A stretch of 64,000 nt of DNA from an uncultured Alphaproteobacteria bacterium. Lineage in GTDB: Bacteria; Pseudomonadota; Alphaproteobacteria; Sphingomonadales; Sphingomonadaceae. A program made the position numbers and the translations under genes. The notes beneath the pieces were generated by a model, which had not been told where the DNA came from, made no database searches, and worked only from the letters and a program-made list of their open reading frames with translations. The stretch lies in assembly GCA_963777295.1 (NCBI GenBank), contig CAVZPV010000005.1, positions 64,325-128,324 on the forward strand. The letters are read 5' to 3'. Shown here one piece after another: positions 30,281-39,664 of this stretch. Position 1 is the first letter of the stretch, and each line of letters opens with the position of its first letter.

Positions 30281-32067
30281 TGGACGCGGCCGCCGCCCAG
30301 GCGACGGCTTTCTTCCTGCGCGACGGGGCGATCATCCTCGGCGCGGCAATGGCATTCGTCATGGTCTTCCGCCGGCTCGGGCTCGGCGCGGTGCTCGGCT
30401 ATCTGCTCGCCGGCGCGCTGATCGGGCCGCAGGGGCTGGGCCTCATCACCGGCGCGAACGAGATGATCCATGTCGCCGATTTCGGGATCGTCCTGCTTCT
30501 CTTCCTGGTCGGTCTGGAGCTGCAGCCGTCGCGCCTGCTGCGCCTCCGCGGCGATATTTTCGGGCTCGGTCTGGCGCAGGTAACGCTCGCCGGCCTCGCC
30601 ATCAGCGGCGTGGTCTATGTCCTGACGGGCTTCAGCCCAGCCGCCTCGCTCGCCATCGGTCTGCCGCTCGCTTTGTCCTCGACCGCGCAGGTGCTGCCGA
30701 GCCTGCGCGCCGATGGCTCGATCAACACCCGCGCCGGCGAGCGGGCTTTCTCCATCCTGCTCTTTCAGGATCTGTCGATCGTGCCTTTGATCACGATCAT
30801 CGCGGCTTTGTCGCGCGCGCCCGCCGACCCGAACGCGCCGCCGGGCTGGCTGCTCGCAATCTACACGGTCGCGGCAATCGTCGGGCTCGTTCTCGTCGGC
30901 CGTTTCCTGATCAACCCGCTCTTCCGCCTCGTCGGCCGGATCAGCGAGCGCGAATTGTTCGTCGTCGCCGGCCTGTTCATCGTCCTTGCCGCTGCGGCGG
31001 TGATGGAGGCGTTTCACCTCTCCGCCGCGCTCGGCGCTTTCGTCGCCGGCGTGATGCTCGCCGATTCGCCCTATCGGCACGAGCTGGAGGCGGACATCGA
31101 TCCGTTCCGCTCGATCCTGCTCGGCCTGTTCTTCGTCGGCATCGGCATGATGCTCGATCTCCACGCCGTCTGGGCGCGGCCGCTCTTCGTAATCGGTATG
31201 GCCGCCGCTTTGGTGGTGGTGAAGGCGCTCGTCCTGTTCGGCATCGGCAAGGCGATCCGGATGGAGACGCGGCGAGCGCTCAAGCTCGGCCTGCTGCTCA
31301 GCCAGGGCGGCGAGTTCGCCTTCGTCCTCTTCGCCGCCGCGCAGAATGCGTTGCTGGTGGCTCCCGCAGCGGCGAGCCTGTTCAGCGCCGTGGTTACGCT
31401 CTCGATGGCGACGACGCCGTTCCTGATGATGCTCAACGAATGGATCGACCGCCGCGCCAGCCGACGCCGGGGCGACGGGATGGAAGGCCCGGAGAGCTCG
31501 CCGCCGTCGAGCGCGATCGTCATCGGCTACGGCCGCTTCGGCCAGACCGTCGCGCAGATGCTGATGGCGAAGGGCATCACGCTAACCCTCATCGATTCCA
31601 AGCCGGCGCAGATCGAGCTGGTCGGCAGCTTCGGCCAGAAGGTTTATTATGGCGACGGCAGCCGCCTCGACCTGCTCCGCCTCGCGGGTGCCGGCGAGGT
31701 GAAGGCGTTGCTCTTCTGCACCGACACGGCGATCCCGCCCCGACGGCTGGAGCCGGTCCTCGCCGCCTTCCCGCAGGCCGCCGTGTTCGTCCGCGCTTAT
31801 GACCGCATCCACCTGATGGAGCTGGCGCCGCTGGACCTTAAATGCACGATCCGCGAAGTCTTCGAATCCGCCGTGGCGATGGGCCGCGAGGCGCTCGCGC
31901 TCTTCTGCGTGGACGCGGAAGAGGTGAACCGGGTCGAGCGCATCTACCGCGAGCGCGATCTGGCGCGGCTCGACAGCCAGACCGCCTCGGGCGATCTCCA
32001 CGCGATGAGCGAGACTGTGTTCGGCCCGGACAACCCGCTTGCCGATCCGCGGCCGGAGGAGGTTTGA
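30280..32067 (+). CDS. CPA2 cation:proton antiporter (KefB/KefC-like) with TrkA-N domain
   Basis: LGAVLGYL.AG..IGP, LLF.VGLEL, ALSSTA, LLFQD, LGAF.AG, LSQGGEFAFV, GYGRFGQ, YYGD. Confidence 0.9.
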   Translation: MDAAAAQATAFFLRDGAIILGAAMAFVMVFRRLGLGAVLGYLLAGALIGPQGLGLITGANEMIHVADFGIVLLLFLVGLELQPSRLLRLRGDIFGLGLAQVTLAGLAISGVVYVLTGFSPAASLAIGLPLALSSTAQVLPSLRADGSINTRAGERAFSILLFQDLSIVPLITIIAALSRAPADPNAPPGWLLAIYTVAAIVGLVLVGRFLINPLFRLVGRISERELFVVAGLFIVLAAAAVMEAFHLSAALGAFVAGVMLADSPYRHELEADIDPFRSILLGLFFVGIGMMLDLHAVWARPLFVIGMAAALVVVKALVLFGIGKAIRMETRRALKLGLLLSQGGEFAFVLFAAAQNALLVAPAAASLFSAVVTLSMATTPFLMMLNEWIDRRASRRRGDGMEGPESSPPSSAIVIGYGRFGQTVAQMLMAKGITLTLIDSKPAQIELVGSFGQKVYYGDGSRLDLLRLAGAGEVKALLFCTDTAIPPRRLEPVLAAFPQAAVFVRAYDRIHLMELAPLDLKCTIREVFESAVAMGREALALFCVDAEEVNRVERIYRERDLARLDSQTASGDLHAMSETVFGPDNPLADPRPEEV

Positions 32068-32071
32068 GGCC

Positions 32072-32330
32072 TCAGGCCGAAGCGCCTTCTTCCTCCAACG
32101 CGGCGAGGATCATTCGCTCCCAGACTTCCGTATCGCCGGCTTCGGCCATGGCGGGATCGGGCTCGCGCAGGGTGCGCAGGATCGAGCATGCATCCCCGAC
32201 ATAATCGCGCCAGATCGAAATCGACCCGGCCGCCTGCCGACGGATCGCCGCCCTCGGCATTGATGCTGACGATTCGGCCGGCGATGACCCGCGCGATCCG
32301 CTCGACGATCGAAGTGTTGGAAACCGGCAT
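32072..32330 (-). CDS. Small hypothetical protein (frameshifted)
   Basis: MPVSNTSIVERIARVIAG... joined to ...WRDYVGDACSILRTLREPDPAMAEAGD.EVWERMILAAL; ggag RBS. Confidence 0.65.
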
Positions 32331-32357
32331 TCGCGACTCCTCTCGTTTCGAGAGGAT

Positions 32358-32382
32358 AACGGAAAAGATCGCGTCCGGTTTC
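32358..32382 (-). promoter_or_regulatory. Putative EcfG promoter GAAAC-N16-CGTT
   Basis: Reverse-strand gaaac-cggacgcgatcttttc-cgtt about 28 nt upstream of the ATG at 32330. Confidence 0.45.
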
Positions 32383-32385
32383 GCC

Positions 32386-32757
32386 CTAGTTCGCCAGCGC
32401 GAGGCCGACCTGGCCTGCTTTGGTCCAACGGACTTCCGCCTCGACGGCATCCTTGCCGGGAAGCTTCAGCAGCAGCGTCTCGCCCGCCTCGGGCATTAGT
32501 CCCGTCTCGATCGTGACGCCGCCCTTTGAGACATTCACCACGGCTACCAAGGCTCGCTTGCCGCGATAGAGGATGACCGCGCGTTCTACGACGCCGCGAT
32601 GCCGGGCCGCGCGGCGGTCGGTGGCGACACGACGTTCGCCGTCGGGCAATTCGTCCGCGCGTGCGGCCGGAGCTTCGCGCCGACGCTCGTCGAGCGAGAG
32701 CGGACGCGCGGGCGCGCCTGCTTCGCGGGCGCGGAGCGAGGATCGAAGGCGATGCAC
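32386..32757 (-). CDS. PilZ domain protein
   Basis: RxxxR (RRAARHR) and NVSKGG (N/DxSxxG), AEVRW, GL. Confidence 0.75.
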   Translation of the reverse strand: MHRLRSSLRAREAGAPARPLSLDERRREAPAARADELPDGERRVATDRRAARHRGVVERAVILYRGKRALVAVVNVSKGGVTIETGLMPEAGETLLLKLPGKDAVEAEVRWTKAGQVGLALAN

Positions 32758-32821
32758 GGCAAACCCCCCTGTGAGGAGCGGAAAATAGCCGCTTGAGCCT
32801 TACGAAAGCTTTAGCGCGGTA

Positions 32822-32916
32822 CCGTGATTGCGGAATTGATCCGCGATCCATGGACACTGCGTGTGAGAGTCGCGGAGCCTTGTGTTCATAGATTCTGGAC
32901 CAAGTCCGGGATGACG
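32822..32916. repeat. Degenerate REP/RPE-like palindrome (..TTGATCCG.GATCCATGGACAC ... GTGTTCATAGATTCTGGACCAAGTCCGGGATGACG)
   Basis: Imperfect inverted arms flanking an approximately 30-nt spacer in an intergenic region. Confidence 0.65.
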
Positions 32917-32929
32917 ACGAAGCCGAGGC

Positions 32930-33187
32930 TTAGCCGTTCTTCTTCGTACCGCCCGATTTCGGTCTGCCGCCACCGGACCGCGAGCCGCCCGACTTCGCCC
33001 GCGCGCCTTTGACTAGCGGGATCGCGGCGGCGGCGACCGCGCCGGCAAGCACCGCCGCGCCGGCGGCGATGGCGGTCTTGGGATTGTCGCGGACGAGATC
33101 GCGCAGCCCGCCGGCGAAGCTGCCGCTTTCCTCCTGCTCGTCGGGCGCCCTGGCGTGAGGCATGGCGGAATTCGGAATGCTCGACAT
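32930..33187 (-). CDS. Small hypothetical protein with one TM and a basic tail
   Basis: aaggagg RBS; MSSIPNSAMPHA...NPKTAIAAGAAVLAGAVAAAAIPL. Confidence 0.75.
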   Translation of the reverse strand: MSSIPNSAMPHARAPDEQEESGSFAGGLRDLVRDNPKTAIAAGAAVLAGAVAAAAIPLVKGARAKSGGSRSGGGRPKSGGTKKNG

Positions 33188-33220
33188 GGATCGCAACCTC
33201 CTTGAAAACGTCGCTAGGCG

Positions 33221-33245
33221 AACGAGAAGGCCCGACACCGGTTCC
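33221..33245 (-). promoter_or_regulatory. EcfG-type promoter GGAAC-N16-CGTT
   Basis: Exact consensus ggaac-cggtgtcgggccttct-cgtt about 34 nt upstream of the ATG at 33187. Confidence 0.7.
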
Positions 33246-33311
33246 GCCGGGAGTGGACCTTGGCCGGGAAGGCGTTAGAGAGGCGCGGTCAATCGATCCG
33301 AGAGTTCAAGA

Positions 33312-33599
33312 ATGGCCGACACGCTTCCCGACCGCCTGTCCCTCGACCCCCGCAGCCCGCATTTCGACGGCGAGCTTTTACGCCGCGGTATCGGCATCCG
33401 CTTCAAGGGCCGCGACCGCCGCGATGTGGAGGAATATAGCGTTTCGGAAGGCTGGATCCGCGTGCAGGCCGGAAAGACCATGGACCGCCACGGCCGACCG
33501 CTGACGATCAAGCTGAAGGGCGAGGTCGAGCCTTACCTGCTAGATCAGGATGGCGGCGGCGAAGCTCCGAGCGAGGGAGAGGGTGGGGAGGCCGCCTAA
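33312..33599 (+). CDS. DUF3297 family protein
   Basis: PDRLS.DPRSP.F....L.RG.GIRFKG..R.DVEEY.VSEGWIRV.AGK..DR.G.PLTIKLKG.VE. Confidence 0.85.
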   Translation: MADTLPDRLSLDPRSPHFDGELLRRGIGIRFKGRDRRDVEEYSVSEGWIRVQAGKTMDRHGRPLTIKLKGEVEPYLLDQDGGGEAPSEGEGGEAA

Positions 33600-33679
33600 C
33601 TTCGACGCTCCGCGGCTGGCATTCCCAACCCTTGCAACGACCGGGTGCTCCTGTAAGCTGCTGGACGGAAGGGGTGGAC

Positions 33680-33850
33680 GTGAAGCTCTATCAAATCGAC
33701 AAGCTGGCGCAGCGTGACGGTGCGGTCGTCAAGAAAAAGCATGTGCTGGCGGCGTCCGACAAGGAGGCCGTTCGGCAAGCCGCAGACAGTGAAGACTGCC
33801 CGATCTGCGACGTGCTGCGCGACGGGCGGAAGATCGGTTCAGTCCTCTAG
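33680..33850 (+). CDS. Small hypothetical protein (CPICD motif)
   Basis: 56-aa ORF from GTG after a purine-rich RBS. Confidence 0.55.
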   Translation: MKLYQIDKLAQRDGAVVKKKHVLAASDKEAVRQAADSEDCPICDVLRDGRKIGSVL

Positions 33851-33878
33851 ACCGTTAGCCAATTCTGCCGATTGCAGG

Positions 33879-34055
33879 CTAGCCCGCGCCGCCGCCGCGT
33901 TGCAGGCGCTCGGCCCCCAAGCGCTTGATGTCAGCTTCCCCTTCGTCCGCCATCTGGCGGAGGATCTTGGCTGTTCGGTGGTCAGCCGCGTCGGCGGCGA
34001 GACGACGGCACATCTCGACGCGCGCGCGCATGTTCGCAATGGGATCCGATTCCAT
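33879..34055 (-). CDS. Small hypothetical helical protein
   Basis: MESDPIANMRARVEMCRRLA....DHRTAKILRQMADEGEADIKRL. Confidence 0.55.
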   Translation of the reverse strand: MESDPIANMRARVEMCRRLAADAADHRTAKILRQMADEGEADIKRLGAERLQRGGGAG

Positions 34056-34369
34056 CCCGACTGGACAGTCGGGCGGACGGCTGTGTTCCTCCGATCGCGA
34101 AGAGCGCCGTGATTCAATTGCAACTGTTGCTCGTGCGCAACGGAGCTGGCGATGAAAGTCCTGAGTTTTCAGCGAGCTTTCTATGCCTGCAGCACTTGGG
34201 GATGGTGCCCTAGGAGGTCTACCATGTGGCGGACATGCGTCGGCGAGCCCGGAGAGCATGGCGAGTGGGCCGAAACGCTTGCTCAGCACGTCGACCGCAT
34301 GGCCGATGAAGATGAGAAGGCGCTTGACGCTTTCCGCCCGCCATCGATCCCGAAGCCCCGAGCCAGCGT

Positions 34370-35947
34370 TTAGGAGGCAAGGCGGAAGGCGGCTAGCCCG
34401 TCCTGGGCCGAGACCACCAACAGATTGTCGGGCGTGATCGCGAGCGCGCCGCCTTTCGGCGCCGACCAGACGACGGGATAGGTCGATTGCTGCAGGTCCA
34501 CGGCAAAGGTCGTGGTATCGCTCGCAACGAAGAGGTGGCTGCCGGTGACGATCACATTGCTCACCAGCGGTCCATTGGCGCTCCCCAGGTCTATCGACGC
34601 GCGGACGGTTCCATCGGCCGTGTTGATCAGATCGACGATGGCGCTGTTGGCGCGAATGGCGAACAGCGTGTCGTCGCGTAGCGCCGGATGCCCGACATAG
34701 GTTGCCGACGTTCGCCAGAGCGGCGCGGTGCTCGAGAGCGAGAAGCCGAGCAGCGGAAGGGGCGTCGTCGCCCCCCGGTTGTCGGAGAAGGTGAAGATCC
34801 GCCCGTTGCTTCCGAGGATGGGCGCGCCGCGATAGCTCCCGAAATAGCTGAGGCCGAAACCGGTGAAATAGGGATTCCGGATCTTGTAGGCGATCGCGCC
34901 CGTATCGCGGGTCAGCGCGAAAAGGTTGCCGCCGCCGAAGAAGTAGACATAATTCTCATCCGCCGCGACGCTCTCTCCCTCCTGAACATACCCTTCACCC
35001 GGCTGAGTGGTGTCTGTCGCCCAGATCCCGCTCCCGTTGGCCGCGTTCGCGGCATAGACAAAGTTGCCGTAATACCCGGCCTGGAAATACAGATTGTCGC
35101 CGACGGTGTCGGCACCCCGCCGTTGCTGAACTGGCTGGCATAGCTGATCACGCCGAGCGCACTGCCGTCGTCAGCCGAGATGATCTGCATTGGAATGCTG
35201 CCCGAGGAGATATTCATTGCCATCGAGGCCACCCGTCCGTTCGCGTAGGATGGCCCACTGAAATAATTGATTGCCCCGAGATCGTAGGTCCACAGGATAT
35301 TGCCGTTCGCCGGGTCAAGCGCGCGGGTGAACAGGTTTCCGTCGGGCTGCCGAACGTTCACGAAGATGCTGCCGCGCCGCGCGGCTATTTCAGTCGGCGG
35401 GGAGGTGCTCGCCAAACTCCAGGCGTTGGTGAAATCGGCGGTGTTATAGTTGACAGCGACATAGCCGGTATGCGCCGCATCGCGCTGGAACGTGGCCCAG
35501 TCCTTGAGCCTGACATCAAGGTTCACGGTGAATGTTTGGGTCGAGCCAGGATAAACCGTCGAGCAGCTGGCGGTGGTGCAGAGGCGAAAGGTCACGGTCG
35601 TGGTGGTTGCGCCGCCGGGCGGAAGCGGGACGGTTTTCAGCGAAACATCGAAGCTGTTCCCGTTCGCCGTCGGTGTGCCGTTCAGCGCGTAGCGCCGGCT
35701 GCCGATCTGCACGTCGGCTACGATGGGCGAGGTGCTGCTCCCACTATAGGTCGCGGTGAAGCCGAAGGCCTAGACTCTGGCCTTCGTCAATCGTCACGTT
35801 GGCCGAGGAGGCTGAAAGCGTGACCGGTAGCGTCGCGACCGTGGGCGTCCCCGCGACGGGACCGGAGACTTCCCCGCCACCGCCATCCCCGCACCCGCTG
35901 ATCAGGGCAAGCGCCACCGCCGCCACGAAAAGTCTTGTCGCCCCCAT
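34370..35947 (-). CDS. Lipoprotein with PQQ-like beta-propeller repeats (frameshifted)
   Basis: Lipobox LISGC; DWATFQRDAAHTGY; ALDPANGNILWT; FAVDL....VVWS. Confidence 0.75.
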
Positions 35948-36197
35948 AGCCCCCGCCCCCAAAGCCGAATACTGCTCAGCGCTACGACTTCATATGCGCC
36001 TGCCAACCGCTTGGGCAAGAGATGAATTAAGTGTGCGCAGGAACAGGAAATCGCCAAGGTCCCGGATAGTAACTGTCTTCACCGGCGGATGACGGGCGGG
36101 GGGTGCCGGCCGCCATCGATCCAGTCCCGAATGTCTCACTCCCACCCATTGCAGACATTGGAGCATCGGCGGGTGCTAGCGGCACCTACCGAGAGCC

Positions 36198-36306
36198 TTA
36201 GCTCGCGCAGCATAGTGGAAGAATTTCCGCTCCGGACCTGAGGGCGCCGAGCTTGTCGCTCCACCACTGCGCCATCAGCACCCGCTCGTAGGCCGCCCGA
36301 ACACCC
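36198..36306 (-). pseudogene. Tyrosine integrase C-terminal remnant (P4-like)
   Basis: GVRAAYERVLMAQWWSDKLGALRSGAEILPL resembles the VRAAY...ER..MMQ.W.D.L tail of P4-type integrases, with an internal deletion. Confidence 0.65.
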
Positions 36307-36319
36307 GCGATCGGAAAAA

Positions 36320-36407
36320 TGGTGCCCAGGAGAGGACTTCGAACCTCCACGCCCTTGCGAGCGCCAGCACCTGAAGCTGGTGCGTCTACCAATTCCGCCA
36401 CCTGGGC
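36320..36407 (-). tRNA. tRNA-Leu (CAG)
   Basis: GCCCAGGTGGCGGAATTGGTAGACGCACCAGCTTCAGGTGCTGG...GGAGGTTCGAAGTCCTCTCCTGGGCACCA; anticodon CAG, long variable arm, encoded CCA; one extra base in the T-loop. Confidence 0.95.
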
Positions 36408-36513
36408 ACGATAGGGGGTAGGCGGGGCGAGTTAGGGGCGCTCGCACTGCTTGTCAACGCGGGCGCGGCGGGGCATGGGCGGCCCAGCTTCGAAGCATAT
36501 CAAGGGACGTTTC

Positions 36514-37449
36514 ATGGACCGCTTGGTCACCCTGTTCGGCGGCGGCGGCTTCCTCGGCCGCTATGTCGCCCAGGCCCTGTTCCGCACCGGCGCGCGCGTT
36601 CGCATCGCTCAGCGCGATCCCGGCGGCGCCTTCTTCCTGAGGCCGCTCGCCCAGGTCGGCCAATGGCAGTTCGTCCGCGCCGACATTCGCAATCCCGCCC
36701 AGGTGCGCGAGGCAGTAAGGGAAGCCGACGCGGTGGTGAATCTGGTCGGCGTGCTGCGCGGCGATTTCCAGGGCCTGCATGTCGATGGCGCGCGCAACGT
36801 CGCGGAGGCCGCGGCCGCCGAAGGTGCGTGCGCGCTCGTCCAACTCTCGGCGATCGGCGCCGATCCGGATGCGGACTCCGCTTATGCCCGCACCAAGGGC
36901 GAAGGCGAGCAGGCCGTCCGCGCCGCCTTTCCAACCGCCACGATCCTGCGTCCTTCGATCGTCTTCGGACGCGAGGACAATTTCGTGAACCGCTTCGCCG
37001 CCTTGTCGCGGCTGCTGCCTGTGCTGCCGGCGGTGCGGCCGAAGATGCGGATGCAGCCCGTTTACGCGCAGGATGTCGGCCGCGCCGTCGCCGCCGCGGC
37101 GTTCGATCCGGGCACCCATGGCGGCCGCACCTACGAGCTTGGCGGGCCGCAGGTGATGACCATGCACGAGCTGATCGCCTTCATCTGCGAGATCACCGAA
37201 CGCAACCGGCCGATCGTCGACATTCCCGATTTCGCCTCGAAGCTGGTCGCGCGGCTGACCGGTTGGCTGCCCGGCGCGCCGATCACCTACGATCAGTGGC
37301 GGATGCTCGGCCATGACAATGTCGTCTCCCCCGGCGCGAAGGGGCTGGAGGCGTTCGCAATCCCGAAGACACCCTTGATTGCGGTCGTCGAGGGGTGGCT
37401 GACCCAATATCGTCGCAACGGCCGCTTCGCCGCGAAGTCGCCTTACTGA
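36514..37449 (+). CDS. Complex I NDUFA9-like NAD(P)-dependent SDR protein
   Basis: VTLFGGGGFLGRY, VVNLVG, SAIGAD, YARTK..GE, LRPSIVFG.ED.F.NRFA. Confidence 0.9.
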   Translation: MDRLVTLFGGGGFLGRYVAQALFRTGARVRIAQRDPGGAFFLRPLAQVGQWQFVRADIRNPAQVREAVREADAVVNLVGVLRGDFQGLHVDGARNVAEAAAAEGACALVQLSAIGADPDADSAYARTKGEGEQAVRAAFPTATILRPSIVFGREDNFVNRFAALSRLLPVLPAVRPKMRMQPVYAQDVGRAVAAAAFDPGTHGGRTYELGGPQVMTMHELIAFICEITERNRPIVDIPDFASKLVARLTGWLPGAPITYDQWRMLGHDNVVSPGAKGLEAFAIPKTPLIAVVEGWLTQYRRNGRFAAKSPY

Positions 37450-37487
37450 TTTTCATTCTCCGCCGGGGGGCGGCTCACGGGAGCGTC

Positions 37488-38288
37488 ATGAACACCATCC
37501 TCACCATCCTCCTGCTCGGCATCATCGAGGGCGTGACCGAGTTCCTGCCGGTCTCCTCGACCGGCCACCTGATCCTCGCCGGTGCGTTGCTCGGCTATGA
37601 CGAGAATCACTGGAAGGTGTTCAATATCGTCATCCAGTTCGGCGCGATCCTCGCCGTGATCGTGCTCTATTGGCGAACCTTCCTCGCCGTGCTGATGGGC
37701 ATGGTGCGGCGCGACGCGGAATCCTGGCGCTTCGTCCGCAACGTGATCGTCGCCTTCCTGCCCGCCGCGGTGATCGGTTTCGCCATCCACAAACAGATCG
37801 AGGCGATGCTCGGCCAGCCGCTAATCGTCGCGGTGGCGCTGATCGTCGGCGGCTTCGCCATTTTCGGGATCGAGAAGATGGCGCCTCCGGGCCATGAGCG
37901 CGGCGTCGCCGAGATCGGGCTCGGCAAGGCGCTGGCGATCGGCTGCTTCCAGTGCCTGGCGATGATCCCGGGCGTCAGCCGATCGGGCGCGACCATCCTC
38001 GGCGCGCTTGCGCTTGGCGTGGAGCGGCGGACGGCAGCGGAGTTCAGCTTCTTCCTCGCGGTGCCGACCATGCTCGGCGCGACCAGCCTCGAATTGTTCA
38101 AGAACCGGCACGATCTCGGGCCGGTCGGCGGCGCCGGCATCGTGCTCGGCTTCGTCGTCGCCTTCCTCGTGGCACTGGTGGTGATCCGCTGGTTCATTGG
38201 CATCGTTTCGAAGCGCGGCTTCGGACCCTTCGCCTGGTACCGGATCATCGTCGGCGGCGCCGCTCTGGCCTGGCTGCTGGCCCGCTAG
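37488..38288 (+). CDS. uppP: Undecaprenyl-diphosphate phosphatase
   Basis: GIIEGVTEFLPVSSTGHL, IQFGAILAV, PGVSRSGATI, AAEFSFFLA.P. Confidence 0.95.
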   Translation: MNTILTILLLGIIEGVTEFLPVSSTGHLILAGALLGYDENHWKVFNIVIQFGAILAVIVLYWRTFLAVLMGMVRRDAESWRFVRNVIVAFLPAAVIGFAIHKQIEAMLGQPLIVAVALIVGGFAIFGIEKMAPPGHERGVAEIGLGKALAIGCFQCLAMIPGVSRSGATILGALALGVERRTAAEFSFFLAVPTMLGATSLELFKNRHDLGPVGGAGIVLGFVVAFLVALVVIRWFIGIVSKRGFGPFAWYRIIVGGAALAWLLAR

Positions 38289-38343
38289 GCAAAGGCTCAA
38301 GCGGCCGCTAAGCTCCTCCCATATAAGGGAAAGGGGCTCTCAC

Positions 38344-39046
38344 ATGAAATATCCGATCTTCCTTGCGATGGCGGCCGTCGCGATGCCCGCCGTGGCTCAG
38401 CCGCCGGCCCCGGCCCCGGTCGCCGCTGCCGCGCCGCCGGCTCCAGCTGCGTCGGAACCCGTCGATCCGGCGCGGCTCGAAGCCGCGCGACAGACCGTGG
38501 ACTCTGTCTGGCCGCTCGGCACTTACGCGCGGATGATGACCGGGCCGATGATGGACCAGATCATGCAGTCCGCCTTCGACATGAAGCTCAGCGACTTCGC
38601 GCCGCTCGCCGCGGCGAGCGGCAAAGGGGCCAAGACGAAGCTGCCGGACACCACCCTCCGCGAGACGATGGCCCAGGCGGATCCCTATTTCCAGGATCGC
38701 ATCCGGGCGATGATGCACGTCATGATGACCGAAATGGCGCCGATGCATGACCAAGATCGAGCCGGACCTCCGCGACGCTCTGTCGCGCGCCTTCGCGCGC
38801 AAGTTCACGGTCGAGCAGCTCAACGACCTCAATCGATTTTTCGCCACGCCGACGGGGCGCGCCTACGCTCCCGATTCCCTGCTCATGATGACGGATCCCG
38901 ACGTGATAAGGACCATGGCCAAGGCGACTCCGATGATGGTGCAGGCGATGCCGCAGATCATGGCGAAGGCGCAGGAGGCGATGAAGCAGTTTCCGCCGGC
39001 CCCATCGAAGCCGCATCCCGTCGCGCCGCCCGCGCATCCGCATTGA
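38344..39046 (+). CDS. DUF2059-like secreted protein (frameshifted)
   Basis: Signal peptide; DPARL..A; DPYF..R; EP.LR.ALSRAFARKFT..QL.DL..FF.TPTG. Confidence 0.75.
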
Positions 39047-39134
39047 TCGCGCAGCCCAAATCGGGGAAAATGGAGGCCTGAGTCGCGCGGTGCGTGCTCG
39101 TTCGTGCCAACTTGCGTATCGAAGGAGGCCCGTT

Positions 39135-39603
39135 TTGCGTCACTTGCTTCTTGCTGCGAGCATTCCCGCTCTCGCGCTCTTCGCCACGTCCGCTCTGGCC
39201 CAGCCGCCGCGTCCCGCGCCGCCCGCGGGGTCATTGAATCTCGGACTCACCCGAGCAGATCGGTCGCCAGATCGATCGGCTGACAGCCGCGATCATGGCC
39301 GTCGACGTCGGCCCGGTCGTCGATGCGATCGATCCTGGTGCCCGCGCTCGCGGCGCGCCCACCTCCCTCGGGGACCTTGCCGATCGGCGCAATCCCGGCG
39401 CCCGTGCGCGCATGCACCAGGACATCGCGGCGACCACCGCCGGCGTGAATGTCGCCGTGCGCGACGCCGCCGCGGCGGCGCCGATCCTGCTCCAGACGTT
39501 GGCACAGGCGCGGCGGCAGATCGCCGCGGCTGCCCGCCAGGCTCGGGCACAGGCCGCCGGCAATGCTCCGCCGCCGCCGTCGGAGCCCGCGGCCCGGCCT
39601 TGA
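39135..39603 (+). CDS. Hypothetical secreted protein (frameshifted)
   Basis: aaggagg RBS + TTG; signal peptide; continues in ORF 39295..39603. Confidence 0.55.
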
Positions 39604-39664
39604 ACCTTCCGATACCGCTGAACAGCGGTGGACGCGGCGGCTCGGCCGTCGCTAAAGGACTGCC

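Larger units (their letters stand above)
34202..36332. mobile_element. Decayed integrative islet at the tRNA-Leu 3' end
   Basis: atggtgccctaggag (34202-34216) repeats the tRNA 3' end atggtgcccaggag (36319-36332) with one inserted base; integrase remnant next to the tRNA. Confidence 0.6.

Noticed and set aside
29839-32067. Apparent 742-aa IscU-Kef fusion ORF
   Set aside because: An indel near 30137 shifts the IscU-like frame. Its true C-terminus (RHASILLAFEA) is in another frame ending at TGA 30280, which overlaps the Kef ATG.
32800-32814. CtrA-like TTAC-N7-TTAG upstream of the PilZ gene
   Set aside because: Two mismatches to TTAA-N7-TTAA; too weak without comparative support.
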